A stretch of DNA of 62,105 bases, filler included, from Asterionella formosa (taxonomy: Eukaryota), in NCBI GenBank assembly GCA_002256025.1. It is 4 parts of 4 records of this genome, joined end to end, with 100 filler letters (N's around TTAATTAATTAA, not from the genome) between each part and the next. Parts side by side here need not be neighbours in the genome. Positions count along the whole stretch, not along the records: positions 46,676 to 62,105 come from NKIB01005446.1; 3 more parts are not named here. One strand, given 5' to 3'. Every line of letters begins with the position of its first letter. Position 1 is the stretch's first letter. The position numbers and the translations under genes were made by a program. Below, piece by piece: positions 61,903 through 62,105 of the stretch. The notes below the pieces were generated by a model. It made no database searches. It was not told where the DNA came from and was given only the letters and a program-made list of their open reading frames with translations.

Positions 61903-62105
61903 ATGGCCAAAGAAGGAAGCGACAAAAAGATCACCATTAAGAGCGGAACGAGAGAAATCGCTTATGACGCCAAGTCTGGACGATTCTTTGAGAATAACTT
62001 GCAGGAAGAAGAATGCATTCCTGACGAGGAATACTGTGTCGTCGATCCGGAAAGTGGGGAACTCATTCGTCTCACAGTAGCCGAAAAGGAGCGTATCTTT
62101 CTGGA
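61903..62105 (+). CDS. PGRL1: PGRL1-like protein, N-terminal part, cut by the window end
   Basis: MAKEGSDKK...EECIPDEEYCVVDPESGELIRLTVAEKERIFL resembles the YC..D.....L...EKE..FL start of PGRL1. Confidence 0.65.
   Translation, partial: MAKEGSDKKITIKSGTREIAYDAKSGRFFENNLQEEECIPDEEYCVVDPESGELIRLTVAEKERIFL

Overview
Eukaryotic DNA, most likely a diatom: short GT-AG introns, bipartite plastid-targeting signals (AYA-FVP, GHA-FVAP), a PGRL1-like gene and diatom-type Copia elements. The window is not contiguous. It is four scaffolds of about 15.4 kb (1-15463, 15564-31023, 31124-46575, 46676-62105) joined by artificial N44-TTAATTAATTAA-N44 spacers. Scaffold 1 is mostly decayed mobile DNA: an ARM-repeat gene, two convergent Plavaka-like transposase relics, a 2OG-Fe(II) dioxygenase-like relic, an IS630/Tc1-like relic and a Copia gag. 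Scaffolds 2 and 3 carry housekeeping genes (NDUFS7, Mini-RNase III, alpha/beta hydrolase, STE24, aspartyl protease, DUF1289, ALG2, a large coiled-coil protein, a telobox-Myb protein) plus non-coding repeats. Scaffold 4 has a Cys-rich/PT-repeat secreted protein, a 188-bp satellite, a full-length decayed Copia with LTRs and TSD, and the start of PGRL1. The most striking feature is a roughly 200-nt hairpin found twice (16473-16669 and 23180-23377). Ten regularly spaced CTCG positions sit exactly opposite each other, giving five CGAG/CGAG tandem G.A steps on the minus strand, and the two copies show compensatory substitutions. All family assignments are from motif recognition by eye; no searches were run.
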